NCBI GenBank assembly: GCA_011109175.1
Contig: RDEW01000046.1
Coordinates: forward strand, 263,545 to 327,544
DNA: 64,000 nucleotides
From: Dicyema japonicum
Taxonomy: Eukaryota; Animalia; Dicyemida
Direction of reading: 5' to 3'
Shown: positions 10,040-22,849 of the stretch, one piece after another
Position numbering within the stretch: the first letter of the stretch is position 1
Layout: each line of letters begins with the position of its first letter
Made by a program: the position numbers and the translations under genes
Notes under the pieces: model-generated
Seen by the model: the letters and a program-made list of their open reading frames with translations, nothing else
Database searches by the model: none
What the model was told of the DNA's origin: nothing

Positions 10040-12780
10040 GCGCCACGCGGCTATTTTTTTTCTCTCATCACCTGTCTCCAAACCTAAGGGTTTCAGTTTA
10101 TTTTATTTTTATTATTTTATTTAACACCCAAGACCACGGTAAAACCAAAAACTAACTATCACGTGATCCCGATGCGTTCCGCCAAAATCCTCATTCTTTC
10201 CCGGTGCTCCTCCCTTGTACTCACACAAGCTCTTACTGGGCGGATGACTATTTGCAGGGCCACCTTCCCGCATGCCGGAGTTTTGTTTAATGAGGGCCTC
10301 CAGAGTAGTCGGTCCGGTTCTGTGTCTCCCACAAGACCATCGATCCGTCATTCTGAAAGCCTTCTTTTGAACGTCCTCGATTTTCTTAGTGTTCGTCCAT
10401 GATAATAAAGGTCCCCACGAAGCACACGCGTACGAGAAGCATGGTTCGATGTATTGCTTGTAAATGTTCATCAAGACTGGGTGGGTACCTGTCTTCCATA
10501 TTTTCAGATAAACATTTTAATACATTGATCTTCTTCTCGCACTTCAGAACAATGCTTGTCACGTGTGGGGACAAACATAAGTGCGTATCCAGTGTCACGC
10601 CATGGATTTACTGAAGGGGATTTCAACGTTGTCCAATATTAACTTGACAGTCATCTTCCCCAACCTTTTGTCCAAAGTAAACATAGACGTGACCGACTTT
10701 CTGGAATTTATGGTGAGTGGGTTTTTCATTACCCAGACGTTGAGTCGGTCCAGGTTAATTTGTAATCTTTCTGTAGCATTTTGGATATCCCGATCATGCA
10801 AGGCCAAAACAATGTCGTCCGCATATGAGAGTAGAACATAGTTATTGGATTCCGGTGTCGGGAGGTCGGCCAGGTATAAATTGAATAAGGCGGGGGATAA
10901 AGGAGATCCTTGGGGGACACCGTTTGGGAGAAGACGTGAGACTGATTTCAGTCCTCCGAGGCATACACGTCCCCTCCGTCCACTTAAGAAATTTGTTATC
11001 CAAAGTTTAAGTTTCCCCGGATCTCGGACTGGAAAATTTTCTTTGATAATATTTTCTCGAAATAGAATCAAAAACCTTGTTAATATCAATGGAACATAAG
11101 ACTGTTTTCAAATGCCTTGGTTTGTTTGAAAATCTATCTCTAATGAAGTTGGTTAATTTCTGATGATGCCGGATCTTCCCTAGGTTTTCCAGGTTTCAGT
11201 ATAGGTCGGATGTTGGCTTGCTTCCATAACAACGGTATTACATTATAATTAATTTAATAGTTGAAAATCGACGTTAGAAAACAAACTCCCATATCTTCGA
11301 GGTTCTTCAATAACACTACTGAAATATTGTCGGGACCGGCAGAGTACGTTATTCTTGTAAAACGCAGCGCATTCTTCACGTCTTCATCCGAGAAGTAAAC
11401 TGGGTTAGAATCCTTCTTCAGTTTTCTGCGTGAAGCACTTCCGACTTCCTGTGTTTTTTGTACGAAATTTTTGTGTAGAATTTTATCAAATTGTTAACGT
11501 CTCGTTGAGTATAGTCATCCTCGGGGGAAGTTTCTTCTCCCTTTGCAACATTTCGGATGGCTTTCTACGGTTGCGATTTACCTTTTTAAGAATCCGATTC
11601 CACTTCAATTTCTGGGCCTTGAACTATCTCTGGCCTTTATTTCGTTGTTTAGAGCTCTGATCCGGAGTTTTGTTTTAATGTAATCCAAATAGATTTTTTG
11701 AGGTGATTTCTTTCTTTGATCAATGCCGACTTTTCTCGACCATTAGAGGAATTTAGACGATGCTTGGGAATAGCCAATGATCTTGCTTCTAGGATTGTGC
11801 AAGTAAAGTATTTGATTGCTTTTTCTAGCGATTTGAAGCTGTCCAAGTAACAATTCTTCAGTCTATCATCAGAGATTGCGCGATACAATTCCCAATTAGC
11901 AGCTTTGTAGTTATAACTAGCAGGTGTTCTCCTCACTCTGACTTTTCTCATGATCTTCATCACAATTGGATTATGACTGACCAATCAATTTTTGATGAAA
12001 GCGACGATGAGCAGAGTGTTACATCCGGTGAGGTAGGCTGATCCGTCTCTCTGAGTGGGGTCCTTATATTTTTCGTGGATCGTTCAGAATCGTTAGGGAG
12101 TCCGATTTCAATAACAATAGCCTCTCGTGTCGGCCTGTTGGGTTGACAACCATAATGGGTGCTTTGCGTTTAAATCTCCACATATGATGATCTCATCGTA
12201 GATAGCCAATTTTGATAGGTTTGGAATAACATAGTCCTTTGAACAGGAGCCGGGAGGAGGCAAGTAGATATTCACGAGGCACATACTTCCTTTCGTTGTC
12301 CCAAGCGAGATTCCAATTGCCTCAGTAACCTCGTCATTTCCAACAAGTTTTCTCACTTCCGAAGTAATGTCTCTGCATTTCAGGTTCTTTTTGAATAGAG
12401 TAAGTAATCCACCCCTCTTCTCTTTTGCGGTCCATCCTGATTGCCTCGTATCCAGGGAATGAAGTGGATCATTCATGCGGAGTTTAGTTTCTTTAATCAT
12501 GGCCACGTCGATCTTCTGATTTGCCAGGATTGAACGGAGTTCCCTGACCTTGCTTTTAATTCCGTTGATGTTCAATTGGAGAGCAGTAAATTTCCTTTCT
12601 CCACTGTGGGCTGAGGGTTTTCGCCGGGGGTCGATAATGACCCCGGAAGGAAGGGGTCTAATGGTCCTTTTCGGGAGGGCATTAGAAGCCCTCTGGGCGT
12701 TGCCAAATCCTTTTGAATTTTTTGAATTGCTGGACCACATAACGCCCAATCTAATTAAACTAATCTCTTTAAACAAAATA
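10040..12780 (-). mobile_element. I/Jockey-like APE-RT LINE, near full length, frameshifted
   Basis: APE (QLNINGI, ETKL, GDLNAKHPLW), RT (NGVPQGSPLSP, YADD), KILGVTLDTHL, and the conserved 3' stem-loop with A-rich tail. Confidence 0.85.
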
Positions 12781-12842
12781 TTTAAAAAATAATTTAAATA
12801 ATTTTAAAATAAAATTGTTTTTGAATTATTACATTAAATATA

Positions 12843-12852
12843 GCGCCATTTT
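12843..12852 (+). promoter_or_regulatory. YY1-like motif GCGCCATTTT just upstream of the HP1 ATG
   Basis: Matches the YY1 core CGCCATNTT, about 10 bp before the start codon. Motif match only. Confidence 0.3.
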
Positions 12853-12861
12853 CCGTTGTTT

Positions 12862-13350
12862 ATGGTGAGAGCTAACAGGAGTTATAAAAAAGAGATTGAA
12901 TACGAGGTTGAAGATATAGTCGATTCAAAAATCGACGAACATGGAGAAAAACTCTATCTCGTAAAGTGGGCTGGCTACTCATCGTAAAAATGTTATTTTT
13001 ATTACAGTGACGAAAACACATGGGAACCTCTCAGTAATCTTAATTGTAACTATCTAATAAATAAATTTGAAGACAAAGATGAGGGATGGTCATATTATTG
13101 TTATATTCTAGTAAACTCAAAAATGGTTGTACATTAAGTGATGAATTGCCAGGCTATGATTTAGAGTCTATAGAGTCTATTAATAATGAAGGTGGAATTA
13201 TTACCCTACAAGTCAAATTGTATTGTCGTTTGTTACTTTAAAAGCCGAAACGTCGAGGAAATACATAATATATCGTTAGATTACGCAAGAAATGCATGGC
13301 CTCAAGAGTTAATTAATTATTTCTTCAATCATATTGATTGGGATAGTTAG
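12862..13350 (+). CDS. HP1: Heterochromatin protein 1 (chromodomain + chromo-shadow domain), 138 aa, 4 exons
   Basis: Introns 12984-13007, 13089-13111 and 13220-13244. Chromodomain YEVEDIVD...YLVKWAGYSSDENTWEPLSNL with the Y/W/Y cage. Shadow-like end YARNAWPQELINYFFNHIDW. Confidence 0.9.
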
Positions 13351-13429
13351 ATTTTGTTACCTTTGATTTTGGTTTAATTTTTCACTTTTTGAGAAATGTC
13401 CTTTGTTTATTTTGGCTAAGTGACGTCCC

Positions 13430-15400
13430 TCAACTGCATGAATGCGTACAACACACCCCTGAGAAATCGTAATTGCGACATTCGACGTTAGAGTAATTTA
13501 ACACCGAAATTCTACCTAAAGATCGCTGGACCTTAGTCTCAAACGAATTTAAAAACATTGCACGGTCATTGTTACATTTACCTGAAGAAAGCCAGCATCT
13601 GCTCGTTTATATGATATTTTATTGAGAACACAAAAATTTTAAACTACGCATAGAGAATACAAAACATATAGAAAAGACAGTACTAAAATACAAAAGGAAT
13701 TCCATTACGTCATATAAAGACGAGGATAAGATTACTTCAAGTACGAACACTTGAACAGTATGCCAAAGAGGCTGTACACCTTAACTATGGTCCAAAAATA
13801 TTCAGAGTAATCCGACTACTAAACCTAAAGGAAATTAAATGACGACAATGGAAGGAAAATGTTTGACAAAAAAGAGATGGCCTAAAAATAACCGACTACT
13901 TTGAATTCCTTTTCTAAAATCATGATAATAAAAAAATATGATGAATAGTTACGTCAGTTTGTCGTAGATCCGAGATGTTTAAACATCCTAATAACTATAA
14001 CTGGGATACAAACGGCTTTGCAAAAACTGACTAACGGAAAAAGTCCGGGTATTCAAAGTATAAACGGAGAACTTCTAAAATACTCGCCCCTTCAGTTGCC
14101 TATCAGCTATGAAACATACTAAACGACATTTTTACTATACATGGGAGTTCCAATTGGACAAGGAGTCCTAATTCCTATATAAAAACAGTTGGGTCAGTTG
14201 AAAAGCAGACCCATACCTTTTCTAACGACTATACGAAAACTATTCTCGCTAATAGTCCATGATAGAATATCACCTACTGTGGACAAGTTCTTGTCGATGT
14301 TACAAAGTGGATTCAGAAAATGGAGGTCTACGGCGAATATCGTGTGAAAATTTGATGTGTGTGTGCTATGACGCAAAGGTTCGAGAAGTCAGTTTATATT
14401 CTGGCGATTGATTTATCGAAAGTTATTGATACTGTTAGTAGAGGAAAGCTCACGAGAAACGTTGGTAGATAAGGACAGTTTAAGGATGATACGGGTTCTA
14501 CTTTCAAGCACGAAATTGGAAGTCTGAGTTAGCTCAAAGCGTTCTAACAAATTTAAAACACATATTAGTACCCCAAAAGTGACTCATAATCACCAATTCT
14601 CTTGTTTACCTAGAAGCTTCCTTTTGGGATCTGAGAGCTAAAATTGGTCTTAATTCTACCTGGAATTAATATATGCGGATGAAGCGGATTTTTCTCTTAA
14701 TCATGCTCCCGGAGTATTTGGAGAGTGGTTTCTGAAAATGAACAAAAAACATATAGCTTGTTGCAATCAAACGAGAAAGCAAACTTAATGATAAGATATG
14801 GAGGAGAACAAAAAATTTTTTGCTTGTCGACCTGGAAGATGTCAACTAAGAAATATGTTGTCAACAAAAGCACTGAATAGACTAAATTCGACATGGATGA
14901 GATATGTGCAAGTTTCAAGATCAGCTAAAATACGACTAGACAATGATTTTGTCCTACTTATACTGCTCTACAACTCAGGAACGTGAGGAATTAACTCGGA
15001 GATGTGTTGATAACTTTAATGCTTTCTACAGAAAACAACTAAGGACTTTACTAAAGATTCACCATCCAATTGTGATCAAAAATCAAGCAACTACACAGCT
15101 TGCAACTCGAAGCACTTGGATGCAATTATTACCAAGACCCGATGGGGATTATTTGGACACGCATTACGGATCATGTCGTTCTGCTTACGATATTATGGAA
15201 ATCATACTTCCTCTGCTCCGGTGCTTTTAGACGGAAGTCACAACTTTGTCATCAATAATGAAGATCGACCTAAAACATGTTAAAATGGCATTAAAAGACG
15301 CAGATGATCTAGAAAGCCTCCGAAAAATCGCAATCTCGAGAAGAGCGTAGAGGAGTTTAACCAACCGGATCATCCGGGGATACTTTTGCTAAATTAAGCG
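13430..15400 (+). mobile_element. Degenerate RTE (linker, RT, C-terminus)
   Basis: Broken frames with QSGFRKWRSTA, AIDLSK, IYADE, LLYNSGT and DADDLESLRK. Confidence 0.7.
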
Positions 15401-15439
15401 AAAAAACCCCCCCAGTGATTAACACTAAAGTAACAACCA

Positions 15440-18190
15440 AACGTGGTCGTTCTCAGTAACATGGCTGCCATTAGCTCTCTTCCACCGGGAGTACATGTCG
15501 CCCCCGGTCGACGGATTACTGGTCTGGCTACAGCTTATCGGATTCAGAACCTACACAAGTCAAAGGACCGGATCTCCGTTATACAACTGAATGTGAACGG
15601 AATAAAAGGCAAAATTATTGAACTTAGAACTCTGATTGTTAAACTTAAAGCTGACATCGTGCTCATCTAAGAATCGAAACTATCAGCAAAAGATACTACG
15701 CCCCTTTTTCCCGGATACAACATAATACGTGCGCACTAAGAAACGTAGAGGAGGACTACTTACATTAATCAGAAAAGGCATAAAGTATGAGGACCATACA
15801 CTCGAAGCGAAGAAACTTTTGGGGAGTGATGAAACCACGGAGACAATCGGAATATCTGTTGGCACAACAAAGGAAGACTATATTTAGTAAACATGTATAT
15901 TCCGCCTCTGGGCTCATGTCCGAAACATTACACTATGCCGGACTTACCGACACTGGAGATTTGGAACGAAGTCGTGATTGCGGCGATTTAAATGCTAAAC
16001 ACCCTCTCTGGCTCTTAAATCAGTCTGCGAATACAAGAGGAAATTCGCTGTTGACGCAGTCTGGCAATCTGACAATCATCAATGACCCATCAAAAAACAC
16101 ACAAACACCTCAAAGAACTCTGACAATCCAACCACCCCAGATATCACACTCTGTTCACCACAGCTTTCAACAACGATTGATTGGTCCGTCATCTACGACA
16201 CCCGAAGTGATCATAACCCTATTCTGTAAAAATCAAAAGCGAAATTACCAGTGGAAAAAAAACCTGCATATATATACAATCTTGCAAATTGGAATTATTC
16301 CGATCAGTTACAGATCAACATTTGACTAACATACAGCTGGAAAACTTTACCTCCCTTTATAGTGGTCGTCAACGTCAACAAAGTCATCCTGGAAGCAAGA
16401 ACAATGGCTGTCCCTAAAAGATATGTCGTTTACACGAGAGAGTACGGAAAGAAGGCTCTGGTCAAGGAATGAAACCGTCTCAAAAAAGCAGGGATCCATC
16501 TAAAACTGCTGAACGAGAAAATAAAAGCCGATGGAATTAAAATACAGAGAGCAAATGGAAGATGGTCCTTACTCATTAAATCGTAACCGGTCAACATCCG
16601 AAGTCTGGAAGACAATTTGAAATATCTCGAAGGTGGATGAGAGGACACCCGGAAATGACGAATTCAGCCAAAAGGACCTAAACACCCTAATAAAATACTA
16701 CGCGAAAATCTCTCACAAAAACCACATGAGGACTGACCCACCCAAACCGCCGCTAAGAAGACCGAAAAGGGATCAATTAACTTATTTCACGGAAAAGGAG
16801 GTAATGTCATCTAACCAAACAAAAGTAACACATTCTCATGGTCCAGACGGAATTCCCATAATCCTCTGAAAAACCTAGGAAATGAAAGAATCGGTACTCT
16901 GACCAAAATCTACAACTGGTCGATTAATTATAACTCAATCCCAACGATATGGAAACTTGCAAACATTCGCCCAGTATTGAAGTCAGGAAAACCGAAAAAA
17001 GATCCGGCTTCTTTCAGGCCTATTTCTTTTATGCTCCATGTCAAAAATTCTGGAAAAGTTATCCTCGAAAAAATCACTGAAAGGACTCCCGATAAACCAT
17101 TCCAGCATGGTTTCAAAAAGGATCGGTCCACAACGAGCTTCCTCACATCCTGACTAACTTTATTCGCTCTGGATTTCAGTGCAAGCCAAGACACAAGAAA
17201 ACTGTGCTATGCTCACTGGACGTCCACAAACGCTTTCGACTATGTGCCGAGGAAGAACCTAACATGGAAAATTTACCAATCAGATATCACTGAAAACCTC
17301 AAACGCTGGCTGATGAACTTCCTTCGCGGACTAAGAGGTAGAGTGTGCATTGGAAACATTCATTCTGTTCCCGTTTATTCCCAAATGAGTACCCAGGGCT
17401 CGCCGCTATCACCATTACTATTCAACCTGTTTACGGCTGACATTCCGACGCCGAATGGAGAAGACGACCTGCTTCTAGCTTATGCAGACGATATCGTCTT
17501 AGCCTACGGGATCAGAACATCCAAACAGCGACGGAAAAATACAACCACATGGATCGACTACTCGAGTGGTTTAATGAAAATCGGATGTCAATCAATACCG
17601 AAAAATCTGTTACAACTCACTATACCTCGGACAAAAGATTGTCTAACAGGACAATAGAAGTTACTGCGGAGGGAAGAACATTGCCGTTCAGCAAATGGCA
17701 AAAAATATTGGGTCTGACTTTCTGCACATGAACTTTTCGAGACACGTCACTAACGTGCTGAACAAATGTGAGAAGAAAACCAACCTTCTGAGATGCCTAA
17801 CAGGTCTATGGAAAATTGGACATCACCCTATACTTAAAACCCTCTACTCACAGTACATCGAACCATGCATTTCATATGCGTGTACTTCATGGGGACCACT
17901 TGCCTCTTATACGAGCATCCAGAAAATCTCTGCAACCCAGAAAAGGGCCTTCAAGCTAACGGAGAGATGGTACACAGGGAAGACATTAAATCACCGACGC
18001 CAATTGAGGAACTAATCAAAAAAACAAAAATGGACACCAATGCCGAGAAAAAAGTGCTCGTCCGCAACGAACTTGTGTAGGCTCAAGGGATCAACACCGA
18101 GAAAAGATGAGAGCCTTGATCCAATTCGTCGGGATCACTTGGTTTAGTTTTTTTTGTTTAACAGTGGTCTTTGGAATTTAATTTAAGTAA
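15440..18190 (+). mobile_element. I/Jockey-like APE-RT LINE, near full length, degenerate
   Basis: QLNVNGIKGK, GDLNAKHPLW, QGSPLSP, YADD, YIEPCISYAC, and the 3' stem-loop at 18131-18171. Confidence 0.85.
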
Positions 18191-18204
18191 AGAAAAGAGA
18201 GTAA

Positions 18205-19790
18205 ATGGTCATATAGCGGCTGCCCTGACTGCGTCACTATTCCCTTTCAGATTGGCGAGCGAGATTCGCTCAAATAACCAGCAGCCCTCATAAGGGTCTC
18301 CTGATCGTGTAGCGATCCAATTCCCTAGACGACTCAAGAATTCCAGCGTGCAGGCTCAAGGGGACCAGACGTATCAACGATGAGTGGGAAAAACAAAAAA
18401 TCCTTGGGTAGGATCGCTTACATTTCCCGTTTCAAATTCTCGGCCTTCTAAGCGGCAGAACAGGCTCAAGAGGCAAACGTGTCGGTGCAGGTGACGTCCT
18501 AGACATGAAGTTTCCCGGCTTCAAAAGGAAAGATTGTCATCCCATCTGGTCATTTCCCCTCTCGCCTTCAAAGACCGACTGATTCGAGCATGGAGGTGGC
18601 GTCCAAAGCTTCCAAAACTTTCCTAACGACTTCATTCAAGGCCATGTGTCTGGGAAATCTGCCTGCACTCTTCCTGCAGGAGAGAGGGTGTAAGCCAAAA
18701 CAGTCGATTTGGTTTCCGATCGGCACGGATGTGGGCACAGACTTTTAATCCCAGTCGTAATGAGATCCCAATACGGACGCATTCATCATCCAGGTTACCC
18801 AAAACTCCATTGGTTACGGCGTTGAGCCAGGCACCGCTCTCGGAAGACGCCCCCGACAACAAACAGGCACGGCAATGTTGGCTAGATGACATTAGCAAAT
18901 CTTCGAAAGAATTCCAGCATATAGCATCGTCCAGGCCCCACTGAGAGAACGAGGAAGGCAGGGAAAGCTGATAAGTACGGCTCCAGGCCTCACGAGCATC
19001 GCCGACGTCTTGTCAATAGAGAATTCAGGGAGGGAGTGTAGAATCTCTTGACAAGGGTGTTACAGGCCATTAGAAACGATAAAATATGCAAGAGAGAAAA
19101 ATCTACAGGGTTGCGAATTCCAAACTCTTCGAGTCTCACTGGCAGCGTGGCTTGCTTCCATGAGTAGTCCTCTAACCGACGTTGAATACGCTCCGCTGTC
19201 GTACGGAAGATCCCGTTAATCTGTGCGAGTTGGTCACACTGGGAGAAATAGGGAGCAGTCCTCAATACGTATGCAAGCCTCTGTACGTTGAGACTATTTT
19301 TCAGAAGAAATAATGACGTATGCATGTCAAGTAGACACAAGCGGTCCAGAGTCTCTCCGAGTAACAGTCGTTTTTCACTCATTATGATTCGAGGAATATA
19401 AGGTCTTTATCAAGTATGGAAATACTTCCAGGCAGTAAATTTCCGAAAGATGGAAATGATTTTGAATACTTCTTCAATTGTAGATTTCGCATTTAGTGTA
19501 ATTTAATTCCAGTCCAGCATCCGACAGTGCAGGAATTATCACTTCCAAATCCCGGAAAACAGTGTCTGGGGGTCCTCCGAGGACCGCATCATCCAGATAC
19601 CATAGGTTGAAGGGCGAGCGCGGAAGTTTGGTGATTTTACAAGACAAAACAATAGGGCTCCAAGGGGATCTCTCTGTTGCACTCCAGAATACGAATGGAT
19701 TAGGTAGTCCTCGAAAAGTAAGGATGAAGGTAGGCTGTATGACTGATTCACAAATTCGAAAATATTAAGGCATCTCTCAACAAACGCCTC
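18205..19790 (-). mobile_element. CRE-clade retrotransposon, degenerate
   Basis: GVQQRDPLG, WKQATLPVRL, SGAWLNAVTNGVLGNLDDECVRIGISLRLG, and the RLE tail (WLFERISLA..KGN). Confidence 0.85.
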
Positions 19791-19809
19791 CAGGATATTG
19801 TCCCTTCTT

Positions 19810-19890
19810 TAAAAAAAAGAAAAAGTAAAAAATTATTTTTATAAAAGAAAATTTAAAAAGAAAAAGTAAAAATTTATTTTTATAATATAA
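19810..19890. repeat. Short imperfect tandem duplication (about 42-bp A/T unit, two copies)
   Basis: aaaaagaaaaagtaaaaa(a/t)ttatttttataa occurs twice, upstream of M1AP. Confidence 0.5.
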
Positions 19891-19920
19891 AACTAATTTT
19901 TTGGAGGGAATTTTTATCAA

Positions 19921-21223
19921 ATGTCATATCGTTTTGGTTGTCATTTTTAGTAATTTTATAGTGCAAATAGTGTTAATTGACAGTTTTCCACCAATAACTA
20001 TGAAAGATATATTTGAAATCAAAGCTTCCTTCGAACATGTATTGGGTCTATTGAGTAAATGCAATCTTCTTAATCATATTCCATTTATTGGATTCATAAG
20101 AATAAATAGACCACCAGATGTATTTTAATCGTTGTAAAAAGAAGATTATTCACGAAATTGGTGATTTAAGCCACAAAATTCCAATTATTTTAAATCTACT
20201 AAACAATGTTTTCGAGAATTTCTGGAAACCCACAGTTCGGGTAGAATCAGTCTTCTCAACCATATCCGACAATTTTATGGAAGCTTTGAGGATGATTGAT
20301 GACTTTATTTGTCGCTACCCCAAAGTAATATACTATTAATTGCAGCTTAAACTAATAGGGAGAATTCTGATAATAACAGCTCAGCCTATTAATTCTACTT
20401 TAAAACTGTTGTGTAAATCTATTTCCAATATGAACACTATTAACTTACGAGTGATTGCATAATTAAAGTTCAGGATATTCACGTGGCTTATTTGCGCGAA
20501 GAAAATGAATATAATGAAGTATTAATGATAGAGAACATAGAATTACTAACATTAACACATGTCAATTCTGGTTTATTAATATTAATATTATAGATAAACT
20601 TTCCATTAACTGCTTTTTGAAACGTTACTTTCTCATTACTCTCCCGCAAATGAAAATAAGTTTAATATTCCCAAATGAAAGTCCTATCATTTACTGTGAT
20701 AGCCAAGACATGCTAATTAATCCAAAGGGGTCACCACTTAATGGAGTCTTTACTGTTTCCCATAGATTACCACATGAAAATATTTGTGAGTCTTTGTTTT
20801 TTGGAAATGTGTGATAATTATTAATTGTTAGCCTTATATTCTTCAGCCATCAACAGATATACATTTGGGATTTGAGAAAATTAATAAAAACAAAAGTTTA
20901 TTTGCAGGTCTTTGTCATGAATTAATAATTCGGGTAAATTTAACATATAATCATAGAAAGAAGTAATCGTAATTCACGATGAAGCAAATAATGTGTATAC
21001 TATACTTCCATGTCAGGATATTGAATGTAAAAATAAGAAATTGGCTGTCCTTCTTCGTCGATTGGCAGTTGAGGATTATATATTTCCTATCAAAATACTA
21101 AATACTCAACAATCAGTCAATAAGGATATTACAAATGCATTAAATTCTGTATTCATTGGTTACATTTAGTTAAACAAATATGACTATTATGATCCTTTCG
21201 CTATCAATCACAGAAAAGAATAA
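19921..21223 (+). CDS. M1AP: Meiosis 1 arrest protein (M1AP)-like, 9 exons
   Basis: Eight GT-AG introns of 21-25 nt give a continuous frame. ICESLFFGNPYILQPS...NKSLFAGLCHELI...LLRRLAVEDYIFP and YDYYDPF match the M1AP motifs as I recall them (LCESLTYGLPFILRPT...NQQHFHALCHSL...LLVKAVATRELMLP, YNPL). Confidence 0.75.
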
Positions 21224-21235
21224 AATAATAATTAG

Positions 21236-22487
21236 TTAAATTTGGTTAACAAAGTAAAATCCAATTTGTTTTGCAGTTTTCAATAATGATACATTGTCAC
21301 GATTAGCCATAATACAGACGACTACACCATTAATATTTGATGGGATTAATAATATGATAGAACTACATCCAGCTGCCCCTCCTGTGTGGTAAATATATTT
21401 ATGTTGTTGTGGATGATCATATATAAACCAACCAAGACCAAAATATTTATTTGCATTATGGTTAAACTGACGAGTCCATAACTCCCTCATAGTTTCTTGT
21501 CCAAGATATCCATCTTCCTCAAAATATCCTCTAAGCATTTCATTACCAAATTTCACGATATCTCCAACCGTAGAAAGAATTCCTCCTCCAGCATATTTAT
21601 GTGTGGATTCTGAGTATGGTGAATTAACCATTTCCCGATTATTAAGACTATAGTATCTAGCACTATGATATAATGAAACCTTGTTTTATTTAGAATCAAA
21701 GGGTTATGATCATCTATATAAGTAGCGTCAATTCTAAAATCTTCGAAGAGTTCTCTGAGAAGAGTTGTAAACTTTTTTTGACTCATCGACTCACATACAG
21801 CTACTAATAGAGTCCAACCAAATGTGCTGTAGTTAGCTTTAGTTCCTTCAATAATTCTAATTGATAAAACCTGGATAAAAGAGAAGATCATCGTCCTTGA
21901 ATATATTCATAGCAGAAGAAATATCGTTGAACTTTTTTGTGATATAAAACTCCTCATCATTCTTATAGTGACGAATTCCACTTGAATGGGACATTATATT
22001 ACGACAAGTAATTACGCACTAATTATAATTATATTCTACTTCTTTTCCTTCAATAAATTTGGTTGGAAAATTAACATTATACTTTGAGATTGGATCATCT
22101 AGGGATAATTTTCCATTACTCCACAATTTAGCCACAATTGCTGTTGTGATTGATTTACTAATGCTAGCTATTCTATACACAGTGTCAGGACTACATTCTA
22201 CCAAATTTTCAACATCAGAGTAGCCAAAACCTAAAAATATCAAAAAATTCACCCTCAGTCCAAACAAGCTCACCATTCACTGAAACAGCTATGGAAAGAC
22301 CAGGAATTCCGTATTTAGCCTATTAAATTGAATAAATTAGTACTTTAATGTGCTTAAGTAGATTTGTCGGTTTTTCAATTTTGTATATTTGTTTTATTGA
22401 TTTATTTTGGTCTTCTGATTTGGGATAAAGTAAGTAAGCTGCTGAAGATGCGATTCCAACATTCAAAAAGTGTAGTCTGTAAGACAT
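21236..22487 (-). CDS. LACTB: Serine beta-lactamase-like protein LACTB
   Basis: Spliced frame intact. PDTVYRIASISK (SxxK), YST, YAGGGILSTVGD and HTGG motifs, with an N-terminal targeting-like segment. Confidence 0.85.
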
Positions 22488-22849
22488 TCTAAAATGTGGT
22501 TTTGACTGTTTATCGATAATTCACTATTAAATATGTAAAATAATAAATTAAATATAATATTATAGGCTGCCAGTAAGGAAAGTCTGTTTTGAACAAGGGA
22601 ATTATTTGTTAATTTTTCCTTTCATAACATAAAATTAGCAAATTTAAAAATAATCAACCGTTAACTGAAAGCTAATATTGATTTTTTAATTTTTATTTAT
22701 TGATGAATTAATGAAATATTAAATTTGAATATTGTGAATTTTACTAATTCGTATTTTCAGTTAAAAAATTCAAATTAAATATAATTATAAATTTTTATCA
22801 AATCAATAACTATTATTATCTATCATTCATACGTCACTAAATCTCAATG

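Noticed and set aside
10025-12810. 11-bp TSD (aaaattattta) around the LINE
   Set aside because: Low-complexity AT sequence that does not abut the element ends.
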